NCBI GenBank assembly: GCA_002269645.1
Contig: NIVC01002559.1
Location: 97,640 to 161,639 of the forward strand
Direction: 5' to 3'
Source: Macrostomum lignano
Taxonomy: Eukaryota
Length of the DNA: 64,000 nucleotides
The notes under the pieces are model-generated. The model saw nothing but the letters and a program-made list of their open reading frames with translations. It was not told where the DNA came from and made no database searches. The position numbers and the translations under genes were made by a program. Below, piece after piece: positions 46,891 to 59,410 of the stretch; positions within the stretch are counted from its first letter, which is position 1, and every line of letters begins with the position of its first letter.

Positions 46891-48050
46891 TATGAGTTAT
46901 TATTCTTATATTATTATTGTCATTGTTGTGGTGTGAGCATCTTTTGTGTAGTTTGCATTTTATTAGTTAGTTTCCATATTGTTAATTATTATTTTGCTTA
47001 TTTGGTCACGCATTTCAATGTACTTTTTTCTCTTAGTTTAGAGTTTGTTTTGCGTAAGCAGGTTAGAAGTTAGACGCCAGTTCTGTGACTCAGCGGAGGG
47101 TTGAGTTTCCTGCGTACCCCAAGCTTTGCGCGGCCAGCCAATCAAGATCGGCCTGGACCCTGGCAAGCGGCAAAATCCAAGTCTACCCGGCGCCGCGGGC
47201 CCAATGCGAGTCGGCTTAGCGAGCGGCCGGCCAGACACCCACCACCCTGCTTGAGGGGGGTTTTGAGGGGTTTGAAAGTGACTACAAATGAAAGTGTGTT
47301 TGGCGGTCGGATCTCAGAGGGCCGTTTTGCCCTCTGTTTTCGCGCTTCGAGGCGCTTGTTCTGCTCGTCACCCCCGGTCCGTGCTTTATTCCCTCGCCCA
47401 ACCACACCAGTCTTGTGACGTAACGCCTACGGCAACCCTGTCTGAAGGCGTCGTTATCAAACGCGGTTTAGATAGAGACAGGCGGATTTGACAAAGTACG
47501 TGGCCTCGACCCCGAGGACCTCAGTGTCGCACTGAAGGGCAGCGCTTGTAGAACTTAGCCAGAGCTCCGCTGAACTGTCAATTTGTCAGGGCTCTCGTTT
47601 GAGAGTAGGTTCTGGGTTAGGCCAGTGTTTAGGAGTCTTTCTCCGTGGTCCTGTTCGGTCTTTCTTCTTCTTCAAAGCTGAGATCTGCTCGCCAGTTGCG
47701 TAACTAATTAATTATCGTTATTGTTATCGTTATTATCTGTGCTCGAATTTATCTGCGTCGCGAGTTTGCGTATTCAGTTGTAATTGATTTGAATTAACTA
47801 AATTAAAGCGTCTAAGTCAATTACTAGCCATTCTTGAACTAGGATTATCTCTCTAAATCTGCTTGAATCGTTTTCACCCGTGTTTCTTCTTTACTTGTAC
47901 CGTACCTGCAACTATCGGAGAAAGATTGGTAGAACTCGTCGACCGGCGATAGGCAATAGGGCCAATAGTTTAAAATCTCTGAACGCTCCAAAAATAGTTT
48001 TGTCTAGGGCCTAATTTATTTGCCGTATCGCATACTGTATTTATCATATT

Positions 48051-48067
48051 GTTGTTATTATTATTAC

Positions 48068-48104
<37 letters not shown>
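48051..48104. repeat. (ATT)n microsatellite
   Basis: Visible trinucleotide run. Confidence 0.9.
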
Positions 48105-48107
<3 letters not shown>

Positions 48108-48722
48108 CACAAAAGTACACATCCATGCTTGTAGTTCTTACTATGCCCTAAATGTAGTTCTGTTCTACTGCAGCTTTGTTCAACCCCTCTTTTGTCTGTA
48201 AGAGTATAGAAACTTCTTTCAGGGTCCATCGCATTCAGAAGCTTTTTGTCTCCATCTCGCATCCCTCATCCGGTAAGGTATGATTCTGCAGCGACTGAAT
48301 CATTTCATAGGCAATTTTGCCAGCAAATTTGTCGGTGCAAAAGTCTCGCGCATACAAGGTAAAATCATTCTGTATCTGCTCCACATCTTTCTTCTCGCGG
48401 TGCCAACCTGGATAAAGTTTCAACAATCGTTCCTAAATCGAATTTTGATGGCTCAAAAAGTCGCGGCTCTGCAATCCAGGAGGTCAGGACTTCGATTGGC
48501 TCAAATGTAGACAATGTAGAGATGCAATTCGATGAAGGAAAGACACTGAGCAACTGCCTATCTGCTGTCTGGGAGTTGCAGCCTGCCCAACGGTTGGCGA
48601 ACTAAAAATCCCGTGACAACTCAGCGTTTAACGATCAGGATAGTTTTATAAGCAAGCTGAGTCGCCAGGTGTTAACGGCCAATAAAAGGTCCGTTCAGCA
48701 CTTAATCAATGCCCCGATCTAA

Positions 48723-49025
48723 GGTTTGTAGTCTAGTGGTTCAGAGCGTCGGACTCACGACTGAAAGGTCGGGGGTTCGATTCTCGACTCCCTTGGAACA
48801 ATTTGTGTCCTTGAGCAAGACACTTAACTCTGCATTGCTTCAGTTCACCCAGCTGTAAAATGGGTGCCAGATTTAGCTGGGGTAATTGAGGCTGTGTGTG
48901 GCGACCCCCCAGTCCTTGGACTGAACAGCCGTACGCGGCCTTCAGATGCGCCGCGCAATGGCTGCGGCTGAGCTGCCGGTTGCTCATCTGCCCATTAGGA
49001 CAGGTGTAATCAATTATTATATTAT
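48723..49025 (+). mobile_element. tRNA-derived SINE with a CORE-like domain, copy 2
   Basis: A box TAGTCTAGTGG, B box GGTTCGATTC, CORE-like TGTGTCCTTGAGCAAGACACTTAAC...CTGTAAAATGG, and an AT-rich tail. Confidence 0.83.
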
Positions 49026-50507
49026 CATAGTATTGATATTTTAAATTTTCGGCAGTTCTGGGACAAGTCGCTTTAATCAATTGACTTTTACCTTTTTCTG
49101 GGCTGCATTTTTGCCAATTAAATTTTTGCTTTGCTTCTGCAAGCTAAAAATGGATGTCGACATTCAGCTTTCTAATATCTGGCTACAATAGGGTAGGTAA
49201 TTAATCACAGAAAAAAAATGTTTTCTGAACTCCTAATGAGACTGATGTTTGTTTGATTTTGTCTGAGCTAGAAATCAGAATTATACAAGGATACAATACA
49301 AGGCTTAATTATACAAGGATTTAGGTCTGAATCAGTTGTTTAGGTGTAACTAATAACCTGTGGTTTGATCATACTTCCTGCTATTTGTCGAAAACATTGC
49401 CATGGTTATTAGCTCTTTCAAAGCGATCCCCCCGTTGCACATTAAAAGAGAAGCGATTTGAGTGCTCGAACGACCCGCCAGGCCAGGCATATCGATTGTC
49501 AAAAGAGATTTTTTACCTATAATGATCGAGAGTTCATGTTCATCGCCTGAGTTGGCGCTTGGGGACGAGCTTGACTAAACGGACTTCGATCAGCTGATGC
49601 AGATTTCGTGAGGCCTCTACAGGGCTGCCTTGGCCTCTGCACGGTGCTTGCCTAGTCTTGAACTCTAAACAGGAGACATCGTTTACTTAGAAGTACTCAG
49701 TCTAAAGAACGGAGACGAGCTGCTCCCTATACCATTTTTTTTCAGGCGCATCTTTCTAAACAGACAGCTTCGTCGGACGTGTCTTTCCTGCTGGCAAACT
49801 TTGAAACAATGGAATTTTCGTGTTCCTGCCCTCACTGGTGACTTACGTTGTACGTGTAAATTGTTGGTTGCTCAAGCTATAGAGACTTTGTTTCTATAGG
49901 TGTGGAGCTTTGCATTTTTATGCTTGTCAAGCAACAGTAGAACACAACAATTCTAAGGTAGTATATCGGAGGTCGGTTCGGGTCCTTCTGTCACATAGTA
50001 GAGCCTGGGTCCGGGACGCGCAGTGGACCTTCTATTTATGAGTACGGTTACGAGTATGGTTGCTGGAGCTTGAATATCTCAGGAGTAGGGACGCGCTGAC
50101 CAACCCAGCCAATCAGCTGATAGGCTGCACCAAGGGGGGGGGGAAAGGCGAAATATGACGGGACAAGTGACCTTCTTGAGTGACTTATTCGGTAGCTACC
50201 TTCAAGATGATGAAAATTTTCTGAGACTAAGTGCATAATAAAAGATGTGCAATCAAAAGTCCTGACAATTAAGCAGAACATCTCTGCTTTTGCTGTTGTA
50301 GGGTTAATTATGACAGACCCACATCGGTTTAACAAAATTCGTAAAATTTGCTGAGTAGACAATGATCAGTGCCCATAATTTCATTCTATTAAAATTTTAA
50401 ACTCTGCAACGACACATGAGACACCTAATTGAAAGCTACAGTCAAGGTCAAAAGTCGTAATCATGAACTGATGGCACAGGACTTTAAATATACGTGTTGT
50501 ACTAGTG

Positions 50508-50783
50508 TACGCGCTGGCTTAGTCTGCCCAAGCGACCTGTTGCACCGTCGGCGACTCCAGCTTGCAGGCCACATCATCCGCGCTAAGATGTACTGCCAAC
50601 AGCCGGTGCTGGAGGTGCTGCTGCTGACGCTGCAGACATCCTACCGGCGGGGGCAGGCGCGCACTCGGCGTTTCGTCGACTGCCTGCTGGCTGACGCCGG
50701 CGCCCCATTCGCGACCTGGCCTTGAAGCGCGCCCTGTGACGCTAACTCCGTATTTTGCTGTTAATGTATTTTGTTGTTGTTGC
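50508..50783 (+). mobile_element. 3' fragment of an RTE/RTEX-like non-LTR retrotransposon
   Basis: Reads PSDLLHRRRLQLAGHIIRA...RRFVDCLLADAGAP and ends in a (TTG)n tail. Homologous to the adjacent minus-strand copy. Confidence 0.85.
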
Positions 50784-50835
50784 ATTGGCGGTATTAAATA
50801 AAAAATGCTAAAAACCTTTCATCAACTGACTTATA

Positions 50836-51823
50836 ACAACAACAACAAAATACGCTGTCAGGATGGCAAAAGTCAGCGTCACAGGGCGCGTTTCATGGCT
50901 TGGGCGCGAACAAAGGCCGCGCCACCGGCAGTGTCCGGGGCGCCGGCGTCAGCCAGCAGACAGTCGACGTAACGCCGAATACGCGCTTGACCTCGCCGGT
51001 AGGGTGCCTGCAGCGTGAGCAGCAGCACCTCCTGCACCGGCTGTGGGCAGTACGACTCGGCGCGGATGAGATGGCCTGCGAGCTAGAATCACCGACGGCG
51101 CAGCAGATCGCTTGGACGTGGCAGGCCAGCGCGGCGATAGAGTGCCGCGTTAGTGACTCGCTCGACGCCGATTTTGAAGGCGGCGCGCAGCAGGCCAGCG
51201 TGCGCCGCATCGACTTGCTGTTTGAGTGAGTCCGTCAGCGTCCAGGTCTCGGCGTTGTAGAGCAAGACGGTCTTGATTACCGCCTGGAGCAGCGCCGCCC
51301 TCTGGCGGTCCAGTAGGGCCTCGGACTGCAGGACTGCCCTCACAGAACGAAAGGCAGCCCAGGCAAGCCCGCGGCGGCGTCGCAGGTCCTCGCGAGCGTC
51401 TGGAACCAGACCGCCGAGGTAGACGAACTGCTGACATCGCAGGAGCTCGGTCGCCTGCCCGTCAGCGCCTCGGCAGAATATTGCAGCCTCGATGTTGTCC
51501 GGCACACAGAGCACAACGGTCTTCTACCAGGCCGACGCTCGCCGCAACGGCAACTAGCCTGTCCAGCTGCCGTTGGGCGCCCTCGACGGTCGAGGACAGC
51601 AGGGCGAGGTCGTCGGCGTAGCCAAGCACGCTGAGCCGCTTCTCCAGTTGACGTCGACCCACGCGTCGCCGCAGCAGAAAGCCTTCGTCGTCGGTAGGAA
51701 GAGCAGTCCGCAGCACCCAGTCAAGCACCAGAACGAACAGGAACGGTGCCAGCGTATCTCCCTGAAGCACTCCGGAGGATGTCTCAAAGGAGTCCGATAG
51801 GCTGTCCGGTGTTGTCACAGCAG
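50836..51823 (-). mobile_element. 5'-truncated RTE/RTEX-like non-LTR retrotransposon (degenerate RT C-terminal half)
   Basis: Contains RT motifs GVLQGDTLAPFLF and YADD, then FVYLG and LLYNAETW. It has a frameshift near 51520, stops near 51085, a (TTG)n tail and a 10-bp TSD CTGACTTATA at 50826-50835 and 51824-51833. Confidence 0.9.
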
Positions 51824-52757
51824 CTGACTTATAGAACTTGAAAAAATACAGGAAGTCGAAAATTTCTACTTTCTCTACTTACATCAGTAGAAAGCTAGGA
51901 CACGGATGCGTTGATGCTATGGGTGTAGCTAAAACTAAAGTCGTTTTTGCGCGTCATCAAGGTTATTAAAGAAATTTTCTTGCGTGTTACGATTGCCATC
52001 CCCTGAGATCGAATTTCTGGCAGAGTTGGTGGCGAATACAACCACTGCCAGCTGTTTTATGCCAGCATTACAAGCGTAGCCAGCTTAATTTCGTCGAATC
52101 AATCTTTTGCGTATTGTATTCCTTCATAGTTATTTTTTTGTCATGAAAGAGTTTTTTCCCGATTTCGCTCGTATTTTCAATGATTAGCCAACTGCGTTTC
52201 GATGATAAGAGCTATAAAATTCTCGATTCTAACAAAAACCGTATTGTTTTTGAAACGGAAAAATATTTGCTTCCTTGCAAACTCGGGTCTACAAAGGCAG
52301 TGTTTAAGAGATTGTGACCTACCAAAGATTATCTTTCTGAGGCGCCAAGCTTGAAAGATGATCATGTAAATGCCATTATCCAGGTTAGCTAATCAAAGAA
52401 GCCGACCTATCAACAACGATTCTAGAAAGGCTCTACAAACTTTCGCTCGAAATGTCATCGAAAGAATTCAACTAGCTAATATGCTAGTTTGTTGCAGTAA
52501 TCTATTCCATGGAAATCATTCAGGGACCAACTGTTTAGGTTTTTGCAGTGCGCTGGTACTTTGTAACATTCGTACAGTGATTCCTACAGGGACTGCAATT
52601 GCCGTATTCTGCATTCGAATCCTTCTCTTCAGCCAAGACACAAAGCGATGCTGCTATAATGCTGCTAGCCAATAGGCGAAGACCGAGCTCCCATTCGAAT
52701 TCTGTAAAGAAAACGCATAAATACGTAAAGCGAGTGAGCTTGACTTTCATTTCTAAA

Positions 52758-54212
52758 ATGCCGCTCTTCGACGAGCAAGTTTCCAACAGCTCTCAACTGG
52801 AGGAAGTTGTGAGCTCCGGGGGAGGCGCCGGTCCGCGCTTCTCCCCCGTGATTCGTTTCTTCGGGATTGTCTACTTCCCGGTCCTCATCGTTGTCGGCGT
52901 CGTCTCCAACACGGTCGTAGTTGCTGTAATGCGCCGAGCTTCGGGCGTCTCAAAATCTCGTGACGTCTTCACGGCGCTTGCGGTTGCCGACCTCAGCGTT
53001 CTGCTGGTCAACCCGGTGCGCTACTTCATCGCGCTGGCCACAGGCTTTGACATCCGACTGCACAGCGACTTTGTCTGCACCCTGCACACCTTCCTGACCT
53101 ACTTCCTGAAGGAGGCGGCCACCTGGATCCTGGTCCTGATGACCATGGAACGCTTCCTGTTTGCTCGTTGGCCGCACCATTCGAACTTGCACTATCGAAG
53201 GCGACCAAAGATTCTGACCTGGACTGTCGCGCTGGCAATTCTTTTCGCCAAAAACTTGATAATATTTCTCAAGTTGCGCGTTGACAAGGACAAGTGCGAC
53301 TCGCCAGACAGCCAGTTTCGTTTGGCATTCTTCATCACGACACTGGTGCTGTACAGCCTGGTGCCCTTCATCCTCATGGCAGTGTTCAACGCCACACTTA
53401 TTCGCATTATTCGACGGGCGAATCAGCGTCGAGAGCTGATGCTCACGGAGGACGCCAGAGAGGCAAAGCGGCTTGAAGGCCGCAGCAGCGGCAACAGCAG
53501 CAGCACGGCAAACAAAATGCTGGTTCCCGTGTGCCTGCTGCACATCTTCCTCACCATGCCGCAGTGCATCTTTGAAATTTTTGACGCAGTGTTCGACTTG
53601 AAAAATCAAGCCAACATCCGCCGGCAAGTCGGCACCGCGGGAATGACACTCGTCATGGTGTCAGTGTTGAACAATGCAATCAACGGCTTCGTGTACTTCT
53701 TCAGCTCCAAGAATTTTCGGCGCAATGTTTGCCTGCTGTTAAGACGCGCTGGCGCCGGTGGTGCCCAAAGAGCCGCCAGAGCAGCTGGTGGTGGCGTCAG
53801 CGGCGTCAGGAACTGGCGGGCAGTGCAGGACGGCAGTCAGCAGGCCGCTGATCAGTCGCCAAGTCCCAGCCGAATCAGCCGGACGAACTGCTGCGACTGC
53901 GACGACATCGTCTGCAGCGAGATCCACAGCTACGCGGCGGCCGCGCATGCAGCGGCTCTGGTGACGACTGCGTACAGCTCCAGTCGTTACCTAGCCGTGG
54001 CTTCAGGCCCCAGAAAGCAGCCGAAACAGTGTTCGCAGCATCGGCAGGGAAATCATCAGGCAACAGCAATAGTAGACTCTGCTGATGTCACACCGACAGA
54101 GACTGAAGCCGATCCAACGCAGCTGTCTGCATCAGCAATGGTAGGAGCGGATGAAGCGCCGGCAAATCGAGTTTATCTAATCGTGTCGGGAGAAAAGATC
54201 AGTCATCTGTGA
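52758..54212 (+). CDS. Intronless class A GPCR, FMRFamide/peptide-receptor-like, with a long C-terminal tail
   Basis: First ATG at 52758 (the track ORF starts at a non-ATG codon at 52599). Motifs GVVSN, LAVADL, MTMERF, LYSLVPF, LTMP and NNAINGFVYFFSSKNFR. Confidence 0.9.
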   Translation: MPLFDEQVSNSSQLEEVVSSGGGAGPRFSPVIRFFGIVYFPVLIVVGVVSNTVVVAVMRRASGVSKSRDVFTALAVADLSVLLVNPVRYFIALATGFDIRLHSDFVCTLHTFLTYFLKEAATWILVLMTMERFLFARWPHHSNLHYRRRPKILTWTVALAILFAKNLIIFLKLRVDKDKCDSPDSQFRLAFFITTLVLYSLVPFILMAVFNATLIRIIRRANQRRELMLTEDAREAKRLEGRSSGNSSSTANKMLVPVCLLHIFLTMPQCIFEIFDAVFDLKNQANIRRQVGTAGMTLVMVSVLNNAINGFVYFFSSKNFRRNVCLLLRRAGAGGAQRAARAAGGGVSGVRNWRAVQDGSQQAADQSPSPSRISRTNCCDCDDIVCSEIHSYAAAAHAAALVTTAYSSSRYLAVASGPRKQPKQCSQHRQGNHQATAIVDSADVTPTETEADPTQLSASAMVGADEAPANRVYLIVSGEKISHL

Positions 54213-55676
54213 CGACGAAAACTTATGGATAATGTTTTTTCTGACTGTAAACAACTATGCTCTCATGCTGCTACTCGTATAAACTTTTCTGTCAAAAAAG
54301 AGCTGTTTCAATAATTAGTTGCACCCGCGATGATAGCGATAAGCATTGAATGAATCTCTGATAAAACCCAACTGACAACAGTTTTTTTGTGGATGGAGAC
54401 AAGCACAGCAAGCTGCGGTCTTCAAATACACGCATCAAGCAGGTAATAAGTACTAAACGTGCTGATGTTGAGCGGCACTGCGTCTCTTGAGTCTTTTCTG
54501 CCTCAGTTAATTCAACCCTGACCTGCATCCTGCATGCTGGAGAAGCTTAATTAACCACACGAGGCGCTCTTCAAAAGTCTCTACCAATTCTACCATCAAT
54601 CAAATGTTTGTGTGAAACATGAGAATGCTGAGTTCTGGTCTCTTAATCTACTCACTTTTCAGAGCTCCGAGTTGCACTTATGCATAATATGGTAGAACAT
54701 TTATTACGCTCGTCATAAAGGATTTCCAGGTCCCACCGGAACTACTCGGCAGACAGACTGACTCTGCTAATGAATGCCACAAAAATACGCCGTCAAGCCA
54801 TACGTCTTGCCACCTCATATCTGACTGTTGACTCCTGCTTTTTCAACTGATGCAAATACCGCGCAGCCAAGTAGCCCGAAATTTCGAAAATGAACCAGCA
54901 TGTATGGTGGCAGATACGCTGTAAATTCTAGCTCTTCGACCTACCCAGTACTGACTTTGTCAGGAGTTCGCTGTCGTAAAAGACAAAAAAGATTTCGGTA
55001 AAAATGCGCAATGCGACACACCTCACACCTCATATTCATATCTTTGGGCTGCAGCAGTTGCTGGTTACAGATGGAACGAACACTTCCGTGAATTTTCTGT
55101 CAACAGTCCATTTCTTCAAATGCTGATATTGTTAGGACTGAAAAAAATTGTGTATGTACGCACTTATGGTTTGCGTTAGGAAACTGATACATACAGAAAC
55201 CGCTCGGATTCTTCCACAGCTGGCGGCAAAGGCCTCAGAGCACAGATGGCTTTTCGAAAAAATCAAGAAAGTAACTAGTTATAAAATTTCTATCCGCTGT
55301 AAAAAAGGAGAAAGTGAAAGTGAAAGGCCCTGCTTCATTAGCTGCCATAATCCCAGCAACCAGGGGGATCTTAATCCCACCGGCTTTATAGCTCCCAGTT
55401 TGGAGGAGAAAACTCCAGAGTATTAGGTCAAAAGAATTTTAAATGCCTTTCTCGCTAAATATATTAGAAAATCTGATTGCTTATCAAGAGGGAATATATG
55501 CCAAGACAAATGGACTTAAATATGTAGCTTTCAAATTTTTCATTAAACATTCCACCGCATTCCAGTAGAGTGCATTGCGAAAGCAAAGTTTTACCAATCA
55601 AAATAAGAATTTTAAAAAACTTTTTTGACATTTTATTGCTCATGAAACTTAACAGGTTCAATAACTAAATACGAAC

Positions 55677-57000
<1,324 letters not shown>

Positions 57001-57911
57001 AAACACAGTAGCCCTCAGAGGCAAAGGCAGAAGGCAATCTGTCCTCAATAGTGTTTTTCAGTGCTATTTTCCTCCAGCAGCCTCTCCTTGTCGTTCTTAA
57101 CCTTTCCAGCCGCGTCTCAGTAACAACGGCTGCCCCAGGACCGGAAGGCATCATCATCAAAACAGGAGGCTTGCAACAAATCTCTGTTGCAGCCAAGTGC
57201 CTGTCACTCTCATCAGATTGGCCCAATGTAGCCAGACCGATGACTATCTGCTCAATGCAAGCGGGGAGGCAGAAAATTCGTGATAGAATTGAAAGCTGAC
57301 GCCCTGTCTGATCTCACCTCACCTGAATTTCGTCAGCTCTTTTTGGACAAAATTACCTCTCTACCAATGCGATACATGCAGTGAAGTTCGTTCCACATCC
57401 AGTGGTTTCAATGAGAATCCCAGCCGCTGCACTTTCTCTCTGCTGCGGTCAAAGACAAGCTAGCTCGTAATATTCAGGAAGCTGTTGGAGATCAATGGTT
57501 TATCCAAAACACAGTTGAGATTAGCTCGGATCGACTCGGGCCCGATCTGTATGTCTCACGAGTTTCAAAAGGACTTCGCCAGTTGAAATTGCGAGCATAA
57601 AATATCTGAATAAGCTCGCGCTGCGGCGCGCCATCTGACGAACTCTGGACCGCATGATTTCGCTTTCCTGGGTTTTTGTCTTTTGTTGCTGTTTTTTGTT
57701 GTTATTTCGGTAGCACGACGTTGCCTTTGCACAACTGCTTTCAGCGACAGCTGACTGTGAAGACAACTGACTGCTAGCTGAGCAGAGCGCATGCAACATC
57801 ATAAGTTAGCTCGTAATAATAGTATTATTGGTAATTACATGTAGAAGAAAAATATGAAATACCAAGCAGAGAAATAAAAAACTGGTTTTAGTGTAATGAA
57901 TTCAAAAGTAT

Positions 57912-58002
57912 GCTAATATATATATATTATATATCATATATCATATATCATATATCATATATCATATATATATATATCAGTGGCGATATATATATATATA
58001 TA
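57912..58002. repeat. (AT)n/(ATATC)n low-complexity tract
   Basis: Visible run. Confidence 0.85.
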
Positions 58003-59239
58003 CAGGCAGTTGTCGTAGGACCGTTATTCTCATTGAAAGTCAAGTCTTATCCGATAGAAAACATCTGTAAGTTTAGCTTTCAAACACGCCAAAAGGGCCC
58101 ATGCACAAGAAACTTCCTAACGCACTCACTACTCTTACCCACGTGGGTTGCGCCGTGCGCTGAAAAAGACATTGACACTTAATTTAAAAAACCCTTACAC
58201 TTTTTCTTGCTACTGAACATTTGAATTTCTGGGACATGGGTCAAAAGGAAACAGTTAAAGTTTGCAAATCAATGGTCCTTGTTAGGGACGCCCGCTAGAC
58301 TGTAAGTGATAAAGAAATTAAGCTGGTTCTTAAGCGTGTTGACTACTGCCTCGAGTACATGTATAATAAGTAAAAGTGCCACGGCTGCATGAACCCCACT
58401 GCGGTTCTCCATCATCTTCTCTACGTACTGATGCGCCTTCGAGCCTAATACAAGCATCTGCGCATCTTCGGTGCAAGAAGCCACGTCGTTTGCTTGACAC
58501 CAAAATTGAATTCACACCAATCGGGAAAAAAACTTTGGGTCAAGGCTAAGACAGGCACCCAGCAGTGCATTTGCCCAGAAATCAAAAAAGGAATTCATAA
58601 TAAAGTGACGAAAAGAAACAGGACCAATGTATAACAGCAAAGTTCCACAATGCTTTGGTAGTAATGTTGCAAACTAGCTCCTACATTATAGAAACTACAT
58701 CTTGCAGTGATGAAATGCATGTTACAGTCAAGCACGACATCAGTGGCGACAATATGAACAGTGAAATTGCGACTATATCGCTAAATATAGCTGCCATTAA
58801 TCTCTTCACCTATCGCATCTGTCTCCTCGGCCGTCAAAGATGCTCCGCAGGTTTCTCGGCTACTTTCCTAATTAAGTCCCTTTAGTCCGCGGTAACTTCC
58901 TTAGTCTACAGTGCGCATCATAGCAATAAATCATTCCTCCTTTTCTGCTAGCAATCAACTCTAGGAGTGACTCCCCCGCAATGGTCGCCATGACAACTCC
59001 CGAAATTGGCTAGCTAGGTCGTCCTAATCGGGAAAGAAATATGGTCAAGCATACAGCTGAAATTGCAATCGCTTCGAGTCTACAAGCAAGCCGAATGAAT
59101 AGCAGAACGAATTTAATCAGTCGCTTTTACAAGCTCGAAAAATCGTCGATTTCGTACCAGACCATGCCGAAGGACTGGAAATAAAAGACTTCGAATCCAA
59201 CAACAACTAGAACTAGTTCAGTTCACTCATCACTGCTGT

Positions 59240-59410
59240 CACGACTTGACTAGCCATTTCTTTAGTTCACCTTCACTTGTCTCGGTTTACTCTGTTTTTT
59301 TCTCTCTTTCTATCTAGCTCAATCTTGTTATTCTTATCTCTCTCCCTTGCTGCCTTCTGATTGGCTCTCCATTCTCGCCTCTCTCTTTAGTCGCGCACTC
59401 CACCCCTCCT
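59240..59410 (-). repeat. Dispersed repeat, inverted homologue of 20545-20697
   Basis: The reverse complement aligns by eye, with indels. Confidence 0.7.

Noticed and set aside
48100-48560. Overlapping short minus-strand ORFs that look like a frameshifted exon
   Set aside because: I could not find a consistent frame, splice structure or family assignment.
48723-48795. tRNA-like sequence (also 46618-46690)
   Set aside because: The stems are imperfect and it continues into a shared CORE-like body, so it is a SINE head rather than a functional tRNA.
52599-52757. N-terminal extension of the 537-aa GPCR ORF
   Set aside because: It starts at a non-ATG codon; the first ATG is at 52758.
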